Shown: positions 46,213 to 64,000 of the stretch, piece after piece
Position numbering within the stretch: the first letter of the stretch is position 1
Layout: each line of letters begins with the position of its first letter
NCBI GenBank assembly: GCA_039096225.1
Contig: JBBPEB010000015.1
Span: 2,046,001-2,110,000 of the forward strand
Direction of reading: 5' to 3'
Length of the DNA: 64,000 nt
Origin: Blastocystis sp. Blastoise
Taxonomy: Eukaryota; Protista; Bigyra: Opalinata
Notes under the pieces: generated by a model
Told to the model about the DNA's origin: nothing
Database searches by the model: none
The model's input: only the letters and a program-made list of their open reading frames with translations
Made by a program: the position numbers and the translations under genes

Positions 46213-47154
46213 TTAAGGAATAATTTCGATACTGTTGTTGTAGGTAGGATAATGGAAATCTTCAAGAGTAAGAACACCTTTTTGAATTAATTCTTGAATC
46301 TATACAATATATGTATAATAAGTTAATAAAAATAATATATCAATATACTTCAGGTAAGATATCTCTTAATTCTTTGATTAAATGCTTAACAGTAAAAAAT
46401 AATTAAGAAAAAAAGATATTTTTTTTATATTTCTAATAGTAATAAAAATATATATAAAAGATATGTGACACAGACTTCATCAAAACCTTGATCACCCCAC
46501 CATTTATTTTCATTAGCATATAAGCAACGACCACCACAATCACCAAATATTTCACAAGAAGTACATGGTTCACCAATCTTACTTATATTACGAATATGTT
46601 CAGGATCAAAATCTATATATATTTATATAAATATGTAAATAAATAAATATATAAATTAAAAATAATAAATAATTATAATTATATATATACGATCAGTTAA
46701 TTGAGAAACACATTCAACTTCAGCAGCAATAGGACAAGTAGATATATGACCTCCAGTAGTAATATTAAAAGAAGTAAGACCACTAGCACAACGAACACCA
46801 GTAACTTTTTCACCTTTTAACATAGTCCATAAACATCCAGTAAAAGGAGCGATAGGAAGAACTTTTCCAGTACGAGCTTCTTTAATGAATTCAGCAACAA
46901 GCTTAGTAATACCTTTATTTATATATATATAATATACATATATATAATATTTATATTTAAAATAGAATAAAAAAAAATAAAATAAAAAAAAAATAAAAAA
47001 TTAAAAAAATATGATAAAAAATATATATACCAGGATTATAGTTGTTATCTCTCCATTCAGTCCATCCCTTCATACGTTCACTATCGGGAGTATCCCAAAG
47101 AGCATCTATTTGCCAATGAACATGATCAAAACCATTATTTACCAAATCTATATT

Positions 47155-47186
<32 letters not shown>

Positions 47187-48246
47187 TATTAACTTGAGAG
47201 TAAATAAAAACAAAATGTAATTTAAAAAATAATACATATATATATTAAAATAAATAAAATACACATGACATCGTCATAAATATGTCCTTTTTGTTCAATA
47301 GAAACAGTCATTCTAGCAACAATATCTCCTTTATATCCTCTTTCTTTTATTAACTTGACATTATTCATAATCTTCTTATGAGTACCTTTACCTCTACAAT
47401 TATAAAATAAATATAATAAATAAAAATATAATAAATAAAAATAATAAATAAAAATATAATTAATAAAAATATAATTAATAAAAATATAATAAATAAAAAT
47501 ATAATTAATAAAAATATAATTAATAAAAACATAATAAATAAAAATATAATAAATAAAAATATAATAAATAAAAACATAATAAATAAAAACATAATACATA
47601 AAAATATAATAAATAAAAACATAATAATAAATATAATATATACCTCTACATCTATCAGTAGTTTCTTCAGTACCATCAATAGAACATAAAATAGTATCTA
47701 CTTTTAATAAATATTCAGGTTTTACGGTATGTAAAAGAGTAGCATTGGTTTGGAATATGAATTTAGCATTAGGAATCATATCCATAACTTTATAAATGAC
47801 TCTTGTCTTTAATAAAGGTTCACCACCATAAAAACAAATAGCTAAATCATCTTTAACTAATTTAAATTATATTAAAGATTCTAAAATGTGAGCAAAAAGT
47901 AATAATTATTCATAATAGTAATAATTTAGTATAATAATAGAAACAAATAAATTTTTTAAGGATATTTTAATTTCTCAATTAACTTAAGATCATAACTAAT
48001 CTCTTTAGGATGAGTATCAAGCTCATATTGTTCAACCTAAACCAAAAATAAAAAAATAAACATATATATTTAGTAAATTTTGAAAAATAATATAAAGTAC
48101 ATACAGAGATATCTTCTAAATCATCATAATTCTCATCAGAACCACAATAGGTACAAGTCAAATTACAATTCTAAGTATAAAAACATAGTCATTAAGATAG
48201 TCATGATTAATATATATACTTGAGTTAATGTTAGGAAGAATAACAT
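46213..48246 (-). CDS. Radical SAM/SPASM-domain enzyme resembling the archaeal AF0577-type family, about 10 exons
   Basis: CNLTCTYC (CxxxCxxC), FYGGEP, QTNA, SIDG..TD..RG, ARMTVS, HVHWQID, SPASM cysteines RCASG..CPIA..CTSCEIFGDCGGRC, end YNNSIEIIP*. The family assignment is from memory. Confidence 0.85.
46392..46464 (-). other. U12-type AT-AC intron in radical SAM gene (73 nt, phase 2)
   Basis: 5' ATATCTTTT; 3' TTTCTTAATTATTTTTTAC; removal gives GFDEVCV-T-VKHLI. Confidence 0.88.
47862..47965 (-). other. U12-type intron in radical SAM gene, probably AT-AA (104 nt, phase 2)
   Basis: Perfect 5' ATATCCTT; branch-like TCTTTAAT 10 nt before an AA that restores the frame IEKL-K-LVKDDLAICFYGGEP. 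The nearby AG gives an immediate stop. Confidence 0.75.
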
Positions 48247-49280
48247 TAGTTAAAGATGGAAGAAAAGGATAAAAATAAATAAAAATGCTATTTCTTTACT
48301 ACTGGTTCATAAGAATTACGAAAAAGACAAAAGTATGACTCCAAAACAAAATTTATTTAGGAATATTTTTATATTCTTATTTACTTGTTAAATTAGGACT
48401 AATATCAAAGTTATTATTGTCAGAGGAGTAGTTTTCATTCTTTACAAGGTATATCATCTAGAAATTATATTAGAATGCTTAAATTCATGATTTCGTAAAA
48501 ATGAAAAGATTAGAGATCATCATAAATTGCTTTCAATATGAGAATTGCTAATATTTAATCTGGTAAGTCTATATGAATAAATGTGAGCATTATACGACAG
48601 TATTTCACTCTTGTATCTTCTTATTCTATAGATATTTCTTTTCTATGCTGTATAGTATAAAAGAAAAATTCTAAATAATATAGAATTATTGTTGATATGA
48701 AAGAATATATATATTCTTGTTCAAAAATTATTCATCTTAAAATGTATTTGGAAATAATTTGGTTTTTCAGGTTCTATATTGCTATACAGAATCTTCTATA
48801 CTTAAAATATCAATAAAAAGTCAATTTCTATAGAATGAAAAATAGATTGAATCTATTAGGAAGATACTCGAGGTTTCATAACTGAATGCATATTATAATC
48901 ATTCACCTAATATTTTTAATTTCAAGCCATTTCGATATGTCAATTTCAATTCTTTAAAAAAGAATCAACTGTTAAATAAAGAGCACAATTAAACAAATTC
49001 AACGAAAATATCTGAAAATAATAAATTTTCGGTGATGTTTGACTGGATTCTCTTGGGAATTTCAAACCTATAGAACGTAAGAAAAAAATGGAAACTTGCT
49101 CATATAGCCACTTATCTATAAGGTTTCAGATTTTCTTGAGATTGTTGTTAATTATGGGGAATGAGATATTTTTTAGAGAAAAGAAATAATTTTCCAAACA
49201 TCTATAATTTCAAGTCTTTCTGTGTTTTTGATTGTCATAAAACTGTTCTTTTCCGTTTTTAAAATGATAGATATACAACA

Positions 49281-52200
49281 ATGTTAAATATAAGTATATT
49301 GAAACAAGACAGACAAAACATACAAAAGAGTCTTCTTCGTATTATCATGAAAGATAATTATTCTGAGAATCAAATGCCATACGTGAACTTTAAAACGATG
49401 CTTGATCAATTCCCTAAAGAAGAATTATCTACTTGTGGAAGAAGATTCATGTTATATGAAATGACCTACAAATGTCAAGAGTGTAGCGTATATATTTATA
49501 TTTAGAAATAGTTTTCTGTTTTATTTTTCTTATTTTAATTATTTGAAAATATGAATATAGAAGTGAATTATTTGTCATATTCATATATATAAATATTATA
49601 GTTATCTCAGAATTGTATGCTTTGTCAAGATTGTTATGATCCTTCAAAACATATAAATCACCATGTTATTATGGTTTCTCAAAAAACTCCAGGTAAAAGT
49701 TGTTCTTGTGGAAATCCATCTCTAATTAAACAAGAACATGGATGTCCTACTCATAAACAAAAACAGTATATACATTATTATTATTATTTAATATTTATAT
49801 TTATTATTATTTTTTTTTTTGATAATATTATTTAATAATTATTATGAATCCTAGATATATATATATTTATATATATATATATTTATTATTTTTTTCTTTA
49901 TATAGAACAAGAATATATAATACATATACAGATTTTCCCAAGAATTACGTTGTGGGATTTTTGTCATTTTGCCGCCAAACTGTAGCGTTCATATATCATA
50001 CAATAGAATTATTAGATTATGTGATCGATAGAAATTTATTAAAGAAAAAAGGTATATATATAGTATTATGTATGTAGTGTAATAAGTATTATTATTTTTT
50101 TTTGCTTTATAAAATAATATATAAAAAATTTATTTACTTGAATGTATATATATTATGTAAATCTAATTATATTATATATATAGAAATTGTATATTTTTAT
50201 TTACGAAAAGATTTAATTCATTCTGATATTGAATATAAACAGTTATTATTATCTATATATGATCCGCAAGAAACAGATATATATGCAGCTTATAGAACAT
50301 TCTCCAATGATGATTATATATTATTATTAGTATATATATAAGATATACATTATTTTTATTATTATTTTTTTAAATATAAATAATATTTGTTGTTTATAAA
50401 TTATATATATATATATTCTAGAATGGAAAGTTAGGAATTATAAATAATCAGATTGATGCATTATTATCGATGGGTGAATTCTTCTTTGAATTAGATAATC
50501 AAGAGAGATATGAATATCGTCACTGTTTACCTCTCTTAATCGCGGAAATCATCGATATTGTGAAACATCATGCTTTTCTTAAAGATGCTTTTCTTACAGA
50601 AGTATATTATTATTATATTTATTATTATTATATTTATTATTATTATATTTATATTTTATTTTATTATTATTATATTTATTATTATTATATTTATATTTTA
50701 TTATATTATTATTAGATTTAGATTTAATTTTATTTATTATTATATTTATTATTATTATATTTATTATTATTATATTTATTATTAGATTTATTATTATTAG
50801 CTTTATTATTATTATATTTATTATTATTATATTTATATTTAATTTAATTTTATTATTATTATATTTATATTTTTTTTTATTATTATTATATTTATCATTA
50901 AACTTATTATATTTATCATTCAACTTATTATTCTTATCCATTAAAATTATTACACTTATAAATCTATACCCTAGTTATTAAAGCCTATATATAAGCCACA
51001 TACTTCAATGTCTACATTCCAATTAATTCTTCGAAAATGTCATCTTTTATTTCCAAATACTATTGATTTATTTGATAATTTATTTCAATGTTTAATACAA
51101 AATATTTCTCAAGAAAATATTAATTATATAACAAACCAATATATTCGTGAATATTCTTCAATTCAATACAGTAGAACGATGAGTCCCGTGAATAAATTAT
51201 CACAAGGTTTTTATTTATTAAGTGATCAATTGTTCTTATATCCTTATCATTCTATACAAATGAAACATCAAATATTTCAAAGTGTTTTCACAGATTTTAA
51301 TGTATATTATTATTATATTTATTTTTTTTAATTTATTTATTGAACTATTTTTATTCTATATAATATATATATTTAGAACAATATATTAACTGTGATATTT
51401 CCACTTTTATTTCCTTATTTACGTTCTCAACCACCAACGGTTCCCGCGTTTTTAGATACTAAATGGAGTTCTATTTATTAGTATATATATATTAATAATT
51501 ATTCATTGTTATTATTATATAGTGATTTAGAATTATTATTAGATAGCAATTTATATGATGATATTATATATTCAGATAAAGAATATACATTACAATTCAT
51601 TACTTGTCTTTCTATGCTTGAAGTATATTATATTCTATTTTTTTAATTATTTAATTTATATATTTTTATTCTATTATTCTATTTATATATTTTTATTCTA
51701 TTTATTCTATTTATATATTTTTATCGATTATTCTATTTATATCTATTTATTCTATTTATATATATATTATTCTATATATTATATATAAAGGGAGGAGATT
51801 CGTTACATCCTGATAATATTAATAATTTAGATATTCAGAGTTCATTCCCACGGGAAATTATGGATAGTATTAATCGTATTACTTTTAAATGGGGTATATA
51901 TATATATATATATAAATTTCTATATATATGTTTTTAATAGTTATCCACATTATATATATATATATATAATATATAATATTTTTTAGTTCATAAGGCATTT
52001 AATCTCCTTCCTATTACTTCTCTTCTATATATTGTAAAAGAATCATCAAAATTATTAAAGAATATTTTAGAAAGTCGTTCTTTTTATCATATAGAACGAT
52101 ATAATATTATATATAAAGATATTCAATATGATTTCTTCTTTACTCTTCCTTATTATTCTTTATATATACCTTTAACTTCATTTATATCTACACTTGTTAT

Positions 52201-53946
52201 GAAATCAATAGTCTATAAGAAAGATCCCCAATTTATGTCTATAATTGATTTATTTAAAGAAAACAAAGAACTATATTATCCTTTATATGAATTTGCATTA
52301 CAATATAAAGTACATTTAATTATTATTATTTTATTTTTATTATTTTAAATATTATTTTAAATATTTTTATTATTTTTTTGATTATATAATAATTATTCTA
52401 TATATAGTCTGTTGAAATCTTAATTTTATCTGATAATTGGCTTTATAATGAAGCAAACAATTTACTTAAAGTATATATACACATATATACATATATATAC
52501 ATATATATACATATAAATAGGTTTATAAATATCGTCAACCTTCGTTAACAAATACATTTTATCTTTCTATATCGTTCTTCTTATCTTTATCTACCTATAT
52601 ACTTGGACCAGATTCTTTATTTTTATCATTATCAGCCAAATTAAACTTATTTCAGCAACTTCATATTAATTCGAATTCTACTCTTTTATATATACGTTAT
52701 AATCTATTTCAATCACGTGACGAACCCTCTAACCAACGTTTGGTTGCTTATTTCATTCGTTCATTACTTGAAATTATAAGTACTACTATTTCTATAAAAA
52801 AAACCAAAAAACAACATGTTGAAGATTATTCTATATATCGTTGCTATCCACAAAATAATACACATGCATTTATTTCTTCTTTATATACGGATATTAATGG
52901 TATATAGAATTGTTTTTATGGTTATTATACTAGTTTTTTATTTCTTATTATAAATTTTATATATATTATTTTTACTATTAATTGCTATGTATTTATTATG
53001 CTGTTTCTATCTCATTTACATATATTTCTTTAATATACATAATTATACATTTTTAAGAAAATTATATATATATATATATATTTTTTTTTCTAAATATATA
53101 TATATATTATATATATATTATATTCATTCCTTTTTCTTTAGAATATTGTCAGTTTTCTGCTTCTGATATTGATTCTTTGATGCAGTCTATTATAACTATA
53201 AATAGTTCAAATAATCAGATTTCATTTTCGTCATCTTTATATCAGCATATATCTATGATATCACCTTTTTTAGCGAGAATTGCACAAGGTGATTTTATTG
53301 AATATCTAAAAAATAATAATAAGAATCCAAATACATTTACATTTATTTCTTCAGTTAATGATGGATTCTTTGAAGCTACACGTGACTTAACAGTATTAAA
53401 CGGCTTAGAAAGGTCACAAACAGCTCTTCAGTCCTTGTCACGTTCTATTTCGATTGATATCCAAAATAATGATATCACAAAAGAGAATAATAGAATAGAA
53501 GATGATTTCATATATGCTTTAGTATCTACTATATTAACGAGTAATTCAATTACTTCTCTATTAATAGATATGATGAATATACAAATAAATGTATAAATTC
53601 TATTTATTATAATTATATATATATATTTATTGTATTATTAACTAATTATTTTAAATATATATTAAATATATATTCTATTTAGTCCAATGCGCAAACATTA
53701 TTATTTTCTCCATCTTTATATACACAAACTTTACCTTTTTTATTAATATATATAACTGAATTGTCTATATATCCATTCTCTGCTGAAGATATCTTAAAAT
53801 TACCTGAAAATTCTGAATTATGTACACGTTGCTTTATTAATTTAAAACGAAAATGGTCATCATTTAAAGACTTATATATACGATCTAAAGGTATATTATT
53901 ATTTATATTATTATTTATTGTTATTTATTATTGTTATTTATTATTG

Positions 53947-54000
<54 letters not shown>

Positions 54001-54747
54001 ATATATTCATTTATTATATATTTATAGAGAAAAAACAGATAACAAAATCAAATGTTCAATTTGATAATTTATCTAAAATGATGGAAACAAAAATTGTATA
54101 AATTTTATTATTATATATGTATTATTGTATTGATAATTAATTGTTCTATTATTATTATTATTATATATATAGGATTCTTTATGGGGAGATGCATTAGAAG
54201 AATTAAGCGAATCAGATGAAACTTCTCCTGAAACACAATTAAACGTACAAAACACAAATGAATCTCTTTCTATTCCTCAATCTATACATTATATATTTGA
54301 GGATACAACTTGTAGTTATTGTCATAAACCCTTAGATCTACATACTATTCCTTCTTTTCCTCTTTTCTATTTACTGTCTACGTTAGGATATAAAGAACAA
54401 GAACTCATTCCTACAAGTATATATATATATATTTATTTATTTATTTTTTTATTATATATATTTATTTATTTGTTTTTTTTATTATATATATATATTTATT
54501 TATTTTTTTATTATATATATATGTTTTAGTTTTTTTTTATATATTTATTTTTTTTTATTTTTTTTATTAAATATATCAACATATATTATTTATGAATATA
54601 TGAATATATATATATAGATCCAGGTTGTGCTCCTAAAACGAAGACTATATATCCCTTTTATATATATACATGTAATCACCCGATTCATTTTAAATGTTTT
54701 AAACACTTACAAGAACAAAAGAAATCTACATGGTATATATATATATA

Positions 54748-54786
<39 letters not shown>

Positions 54787-57252
54787 ATCTCCCCTATTAT
54801 TATTAATATCTCCCCTATTATTATTAATATCTCCCCTATTATTATTAATATTTCCCTTATTATTCTCTATATAGTCCCTTATGTCGACAGTTTATTTCTC
54901 TCGTTATTCCTTATTTACCTCCTGCATTTTCTATACATAATAAATCTTTAGATATATATACATTTGATTTAAATATGATATTAAAATATCCATCTAGCCT
55001 TAAAGGAAATGAATTCAAAAATTATTTATTTCAAGATGTATATATATATATATATATATATACTATTTTTCATTATTATTATCAAATAAATTTGAATAAT
55101 ATATTTCTAATACTATTAATAATTAATAAAATTATTATTATTAATAATATTATTATTATTATTATATATAGGAGATTATAACATATTTACATATAAATGC
55201 AGAATTGATTACAACAACATTACAGTTCTTCTATAGTTATGGACTTTCTACATTATATTCATTATATATATCTTTCCCTTATACAATATTAACTATTGCT
55301 TATACTGATAAATATAATCAAAATTTAGATACTTATAAAAATTTATTATTTTTCTTTTTATTTTCTATTTCTCAATCTTTAATTAAGAATTCGATGTTTT
55401 CAGCTTTTAACTTAACATTTTTATATGATTCTATTACTAGTTATATAAAGAATCCATTTTCATTATCTTCGGATAATCAAGATTCGATGACCTTATTTTA
55501 TCTTTTTCTTCTTTCTAAAGATATAAATAAAGTCCGATATGCATTTACTTCTTTTATATATTATCGATTATTACGTTGTATGTTATATCCTCAAGATTAT
55601 TGTATTGGAAATTATTTATATTCTTCAGATTCACAAGATATTTATCAACCAAGTATTCAAGAACTATCCTTATTTGATCAATTAGAGAAGAAAATATATG
55701 GAAAATCAAGTGAGAATAATATTGCTTATAAAGTAGTATATAATGCATTATGTGGATTATTAAGAATATGTAATATTTATCTTGATTTATTAATAAATTC
55801 TTCAAATATATATACTAAAGAATGGGATAGTAGTAATATATTTCAAATGTTTGATAGAATATCCTTACAATCAAATTCATTTTCTTATTTTATTGAACAA
55901 TATGAAACATTTGTTCTTACTCAACAAAATATTAAATCTACTATCTATTCTATATTATCAGAATATCCTAAACAACCATTTAGTTTCATTCAATTAAATC
56001 CAAATTCATTATATAATGATCATAATACTAATTTATTATATATACCTAATTGTTCAAAATCTTTGTCAAGTGTTTTATCCTATAGTAGTTCTAGTAGAAG
56101 TCGTATATATAGTGATTATAATTCAAAATATCCTCCTTTATCTATTTCTCAACTCCCTGCTTCTTCTTCTTCTAGACGTACATCTACTTCTATTTCTATA
56201 TATGATTCAGAAGAAGATAAAAAGAGTTTCTCTATATGTGATAATTATAATATAAAAAAATGTTCTTATATAAATAGAATGACTGGAGAACTTGACATTA
56301 ATTCTTATGTTAATCCAAATCATTATATTACTAGTTTATTTTTACATATAGAAACTTCTAGAATGAATTTATATTATAATATATATAAATATATGGGATT
56401 TGTAGGACTTTTTAAATTACCGTCATTATTTGTAGAATTAGTACAATATTTCTCACAATGTGTATGGTTTTATTATTTTTATTATTATTTGTTTTAATTA
56501 TTTTTTTTAATTCTATTATTATTTTATTGTTTTAATTTTTATTTTTTTATTTTATTATTATTTTTATTATTATTTTTAATTCTATTATTTTTTTATTATT
56601 TTTTTAATTTTTATTATTTTTTTATTATTTTTTTTTATTTTTTTATTATTTTTTTATTATTTTTCTTATTTTATTTTTTATATTATTTATATTATATTCT
56701 ATATATTTTATTGTTATTATTATATAGGTTTGTGTAGAATGTCATCATTATCCTGAAGTACCAGTAATATGTTTGATATGTGGTCGTGTATTATGTTATA
56801 AATCGAAATGTTGTGTCAGTAATAATGAAACAGAAGATGTGTGTCATGCGAAATATATACATAAAGGTCATACTATTTATTTACATCCTCAATATCTAAC
56901 CGTATATATATAATTATTATTATTTTATATTATTATTATTATTATTACTTTATATTATTATTATTATTATTATTATTTTATATTATTATTATATATAAAG
57001 GTATTATTGTATTCTCCTGATAAAAAAGTTTATGAGTTACCTTTCCCTTATATATATAATAAAAATACAGTATATATATATATATATATATTATTATTAT
57101 TATTATTATTATATATATTATTATTATCATTTTATATATTTTTATTATTATTATAAATTTAGATAACATCAACAAATACACTACAATTAAATACTTCATT
57201 ATGGATTAATATTATTAAAAGAATATACACATTTGCTATGTCATCTACATAA
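49281..57252 (+). CDS. UBR1/UBR2/PRT6-like N-recognin E3 ubiquitin ligase, more than 20 exons
   Basis: UBR box CGRRF..YKCQECS..CMLCQDCY..HINH..CSCGN; split RING CSYCH..CNHPIHFKC..CPLCR; C-terminal CVECHHYP..ICLICGRVLC..CC. Confidence 0.85.
54778..54862. repeat. 21-nt minisatellite, about 4 copies, in a UBR intron
   Basis: Unit attattaatatctcccctatt. Confidence 0.85.
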
Positions 57253-58257
57253 TTCTCTTTTTTATTATTCTATAATATATCAATTTTATATTTTCAACTT
57301 TTTCTATTATTCACTAGTTTCCATTATTATTTTTTTTGTAGCAAGTCAATAAATATATATTTACATATATATTATTCATTTTTTTCTTTTCTTTTCTTTT
57401 CATCATTTTCAAGGGTTTTATAATTAGTTTTTTTTTCTCTTTTAAAATCTTTTGTTTTTACTTATTTTTTCCTCTTCTATTATCATAATAAATTTAATTA
57501 TTCATTTAAATATCTTTCCTTTTTATGTATTTTTCTTATATATATATAAATATTACATAAAGTTTCACAAAAGTCTGTTATTCTATTTTTGTTTGCATAT
57601 GGCTATAAATTTTCATTCCATCAAATACTTTTTGCATTCTCAGTATATTCTAATTACACCTTTCGATCTAACTACAGTATTATTAAGAGCAGTAAAAAAT
57701 AATATTGACAAATTCCATTATTCCATTTAAATACACGATAAATAATACATACATTCAATTTCTCAGTTATTCGCCTCATTCATATTTGGAAGACCCACTT
57801 TGATAAAGAATAACTAAAACTATCACAATAATTCTTGTCAACCTGATGGCATTTCATAACGGTTTATGATTCGCAGGTACCTCATCATAAATTCGTTTTT
57901 ATAAACAGCATTATAAACAAGATACAAAGGATTTAATTAAAATAGAAACCATAAACATTTTCTTACTGACTCTTTTCCTTTTTGACGGAAATTATAGGCT
58001 ATTTTACTCTTATCCTCCAATCAATTTGCTTAAAAGAGAAAAAAAAATAATGAAATGAAAAAATTTATTCTTTGATGAAAAGCTAGTATTTTATAAAATG
58101 AAGATATTAAGAATTATTTTTCAACGTATACATTCTCAAATAATCACGAGAATTTTTCTCTATTAAAAGGAGCCATTGAAACACAAGATTCCACAATACT
58201 CGAAAATTAGATTTTAGTCTTTCAATGTTTGCAAAAGAAATTTGATTGTTATCCATA

Positions 58258-59934
58258 ATGGATTTAAAGAAAACGGTTCTTGATATTGGAAATATTTCTT
58301 TCTTGAAGAATTATATGAATTTATATGAATTCATGATAAACGAAGAGATTAAAAATCTGAAACGCCTGAATATGTTAGGTAATTATCTGAATGATTTATT
58401 CAAAGTACTTGGTGGTGTAGATAATACAAATTCAGTTGAGAAAAATATGAATCAGTTATTTATGTCATTATTATGTAGCAAGCAAGATATATTTTGTAAT
58501 ATGAATCTTTTAGAGAATGAAAGAATAGATGATGATTCCGATATAGACTATATTTGCTTTACAAATGATGGTCCTTTTTTTCCTATTTCAAAGGAGATTT
58601 TAGATTCGATACAGGGTTCTTATATCGATGAATGTTGTGCTGAAGATCGTAGAACTGAGGATGGAATAATATTCCTTGATTATTGTGGAAATGATGCACT
58701 TACATATTTATTAATAGATAATTTAAATGGTAAAGAAATTGATGTAGATAGTTTGTCTTATAAGCAGCAAATAGAATTATTATATTTATTTGAATTTTGT
58801 GAGATTCCTATTCCTCAAGAACTCTTTTTAATTCGTGAACGACGAGATACTAAAAAGAAGAAGTATAAAGAAGGAGATGAAGTAGAATTGATTATTAATA
58901 GAAATAAGAATACTATGATTAAAGATTATTTGATAAAGAATGAATTATGGAATGAATATGTAATGAGTTATGATAATGGATTTGTAGATTATAATCATAT
59001 AGAAGATAGTTTATATATAAATAAGAATTATGAATATATTGATTATATTACTCAATATATAAATAATGGAACTATAGATATAAAAGATGAAGATTATTAT
59101 CAAATAGATATAATAAAAGTAGAGAATGAGATGAATGAATTATTTGGTGATAAAGGAAAAGAAGAAATAAGAATGATAATGATTCAAAGAAGTTTTAAAG
59201 GATCTTATATTTTGAATATAGACTATAATATTCCTTTAGTGAATTGGTTTGGTAATGAAAAGAAATGGAAGTTATTATATAGGTAGGATTTTTTTATATA
59301 CTATTAATATATAATACATAGAGCAAGTGAACATAATTATTCTTCTAAAGAATTCCATAAATATTGTGATAATCAAGGAGAAACAGTAACTATTATAAAG
59401 CATATAGGTCATAATAATAGAATTAATATATTTGGAGGATATACAAATCAAAGTTGGGAAACTATAAATAGTCATTGTATATATAGATATTGTTGTTTAG
59501 AACATTTATTATTTTTATTATTTTTAGTTTATTCATTTTAGTATTTTTTTTTAATTTTTATATATTATTTATTATATATTATGGTTTATTATAAACTAAT
59601 ATATAATATATATAATATAGGTTGGAAGCCTTATTCAAAAGAATTCTTATTTACATTAAGTAATGAACATGATATTCCTCCTACTAAATATGATTATATT
59701 GATAATAATAAAGATTATGGTATATATTGTAATATTCAATATGGTCCTACATTTATGGGAAATGATCTTCTTCTATATGATGAATGTCATACAATACCCT
59801 CTAGTTCTTGTAATATTCATTATTCAAGTGTTTTAAATACACCTCAAAAGAATTCTTTATTTGTGAATACAAATAATTCAGAAACGAAAAATCATTTTAA
59901 AGTGGATGATTATGAAGTCTGGAAAAGAATATAA
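58258..59934 (+). CDS. TLDc-domain protein, 3 exons; 5' end uncertain
   Basis: WKLLYR|ASEHNYSSKEFHKYCDNQGETVTII..IFGGYT..W, FLFTL, YGPTF..DL, FKVDDYEVW. Confidence 0.88.
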
Positions 59935-60273
59935 TTTATATATATATTTATTTTTCATCTTGTATTTTGTAAATATATTTATAATATTTTTATTATTATT
60001 ATTATGTTTTATATAAACAATATTTACATGACTCTATAAGTTATTTATGTTGTTCTATGGGTCAATACTCTATTATCATATATTGTTTTAAGATCTAAAA
60101 CTCTCTTTTAAGAATATTATTTAAAAAGATAAAGAGAATCAGTTGTATTCTATTAATTTAATAAAATAAGCAAATATATATTTGCTTAATTAATAAAACG
60201 ATAATAATATTAAAAACTAAATTATTTGTATAAAATTATAATATTACAATTATATAAATATATATAATGATAT

Positions 60274-64000
<3,727 letters not shown>

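Noticed and set aside
58030-58257. Possible decayed 5' coding extension of the TLDc gene (pseudogene)
   Set aside because: All frames contain stops and I recognise no homology, so it cannot be distinguished from ordinary UTR or promoter sequence.

Overview
This is a very AT-rich, intron-dense eukaryotic window read in the standard genetic code. A Blastocystis-like anaerobic stramenopile is my inference from gene content, intron style and surface-protein type; it is not proven. By joining exons manually I can reconstruct 18 protein-coding genes: a large type-I surface protein, SDHAF4, a BAF-like protein, a CENP-N-like protein, a Cys-rich/ankyrin protein, NOL12, RPN11, a membrane protein, ARP3, RPN10, NAGLU (GH89), a GT61-like glycosyltransferase, a Kv-beta-type aldo-keto reductase, an ABCC transporter, an archaeal-type radical SAM/SPASM enzyme, a UBR N-recognin, a TLDc protein and VPS34. 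Most ORF-track entries rich in I/Y/N/L are microsatellite artefacts. Main findings: (1) five minor-spliceosome (U12) introns with AT-AC or AT-AA ends, three in NAGLU (all phase 0) and two in a probably laterally acquired radical SAM gene, which points to de novo gain of minor introns; (2) a FYVE-like zinc finger inserted inside the VPS34 kinase domain; (3) a GC-rich palindrome TCCC(GT/AC/GC)GGGA recurring across exons in different frames, with variants in introns and upstream DNA; (4) introns flanked by exact direct repeats or made purely of (TA)n, suggesting intron birth; (5) several non-canonical splice junctions.
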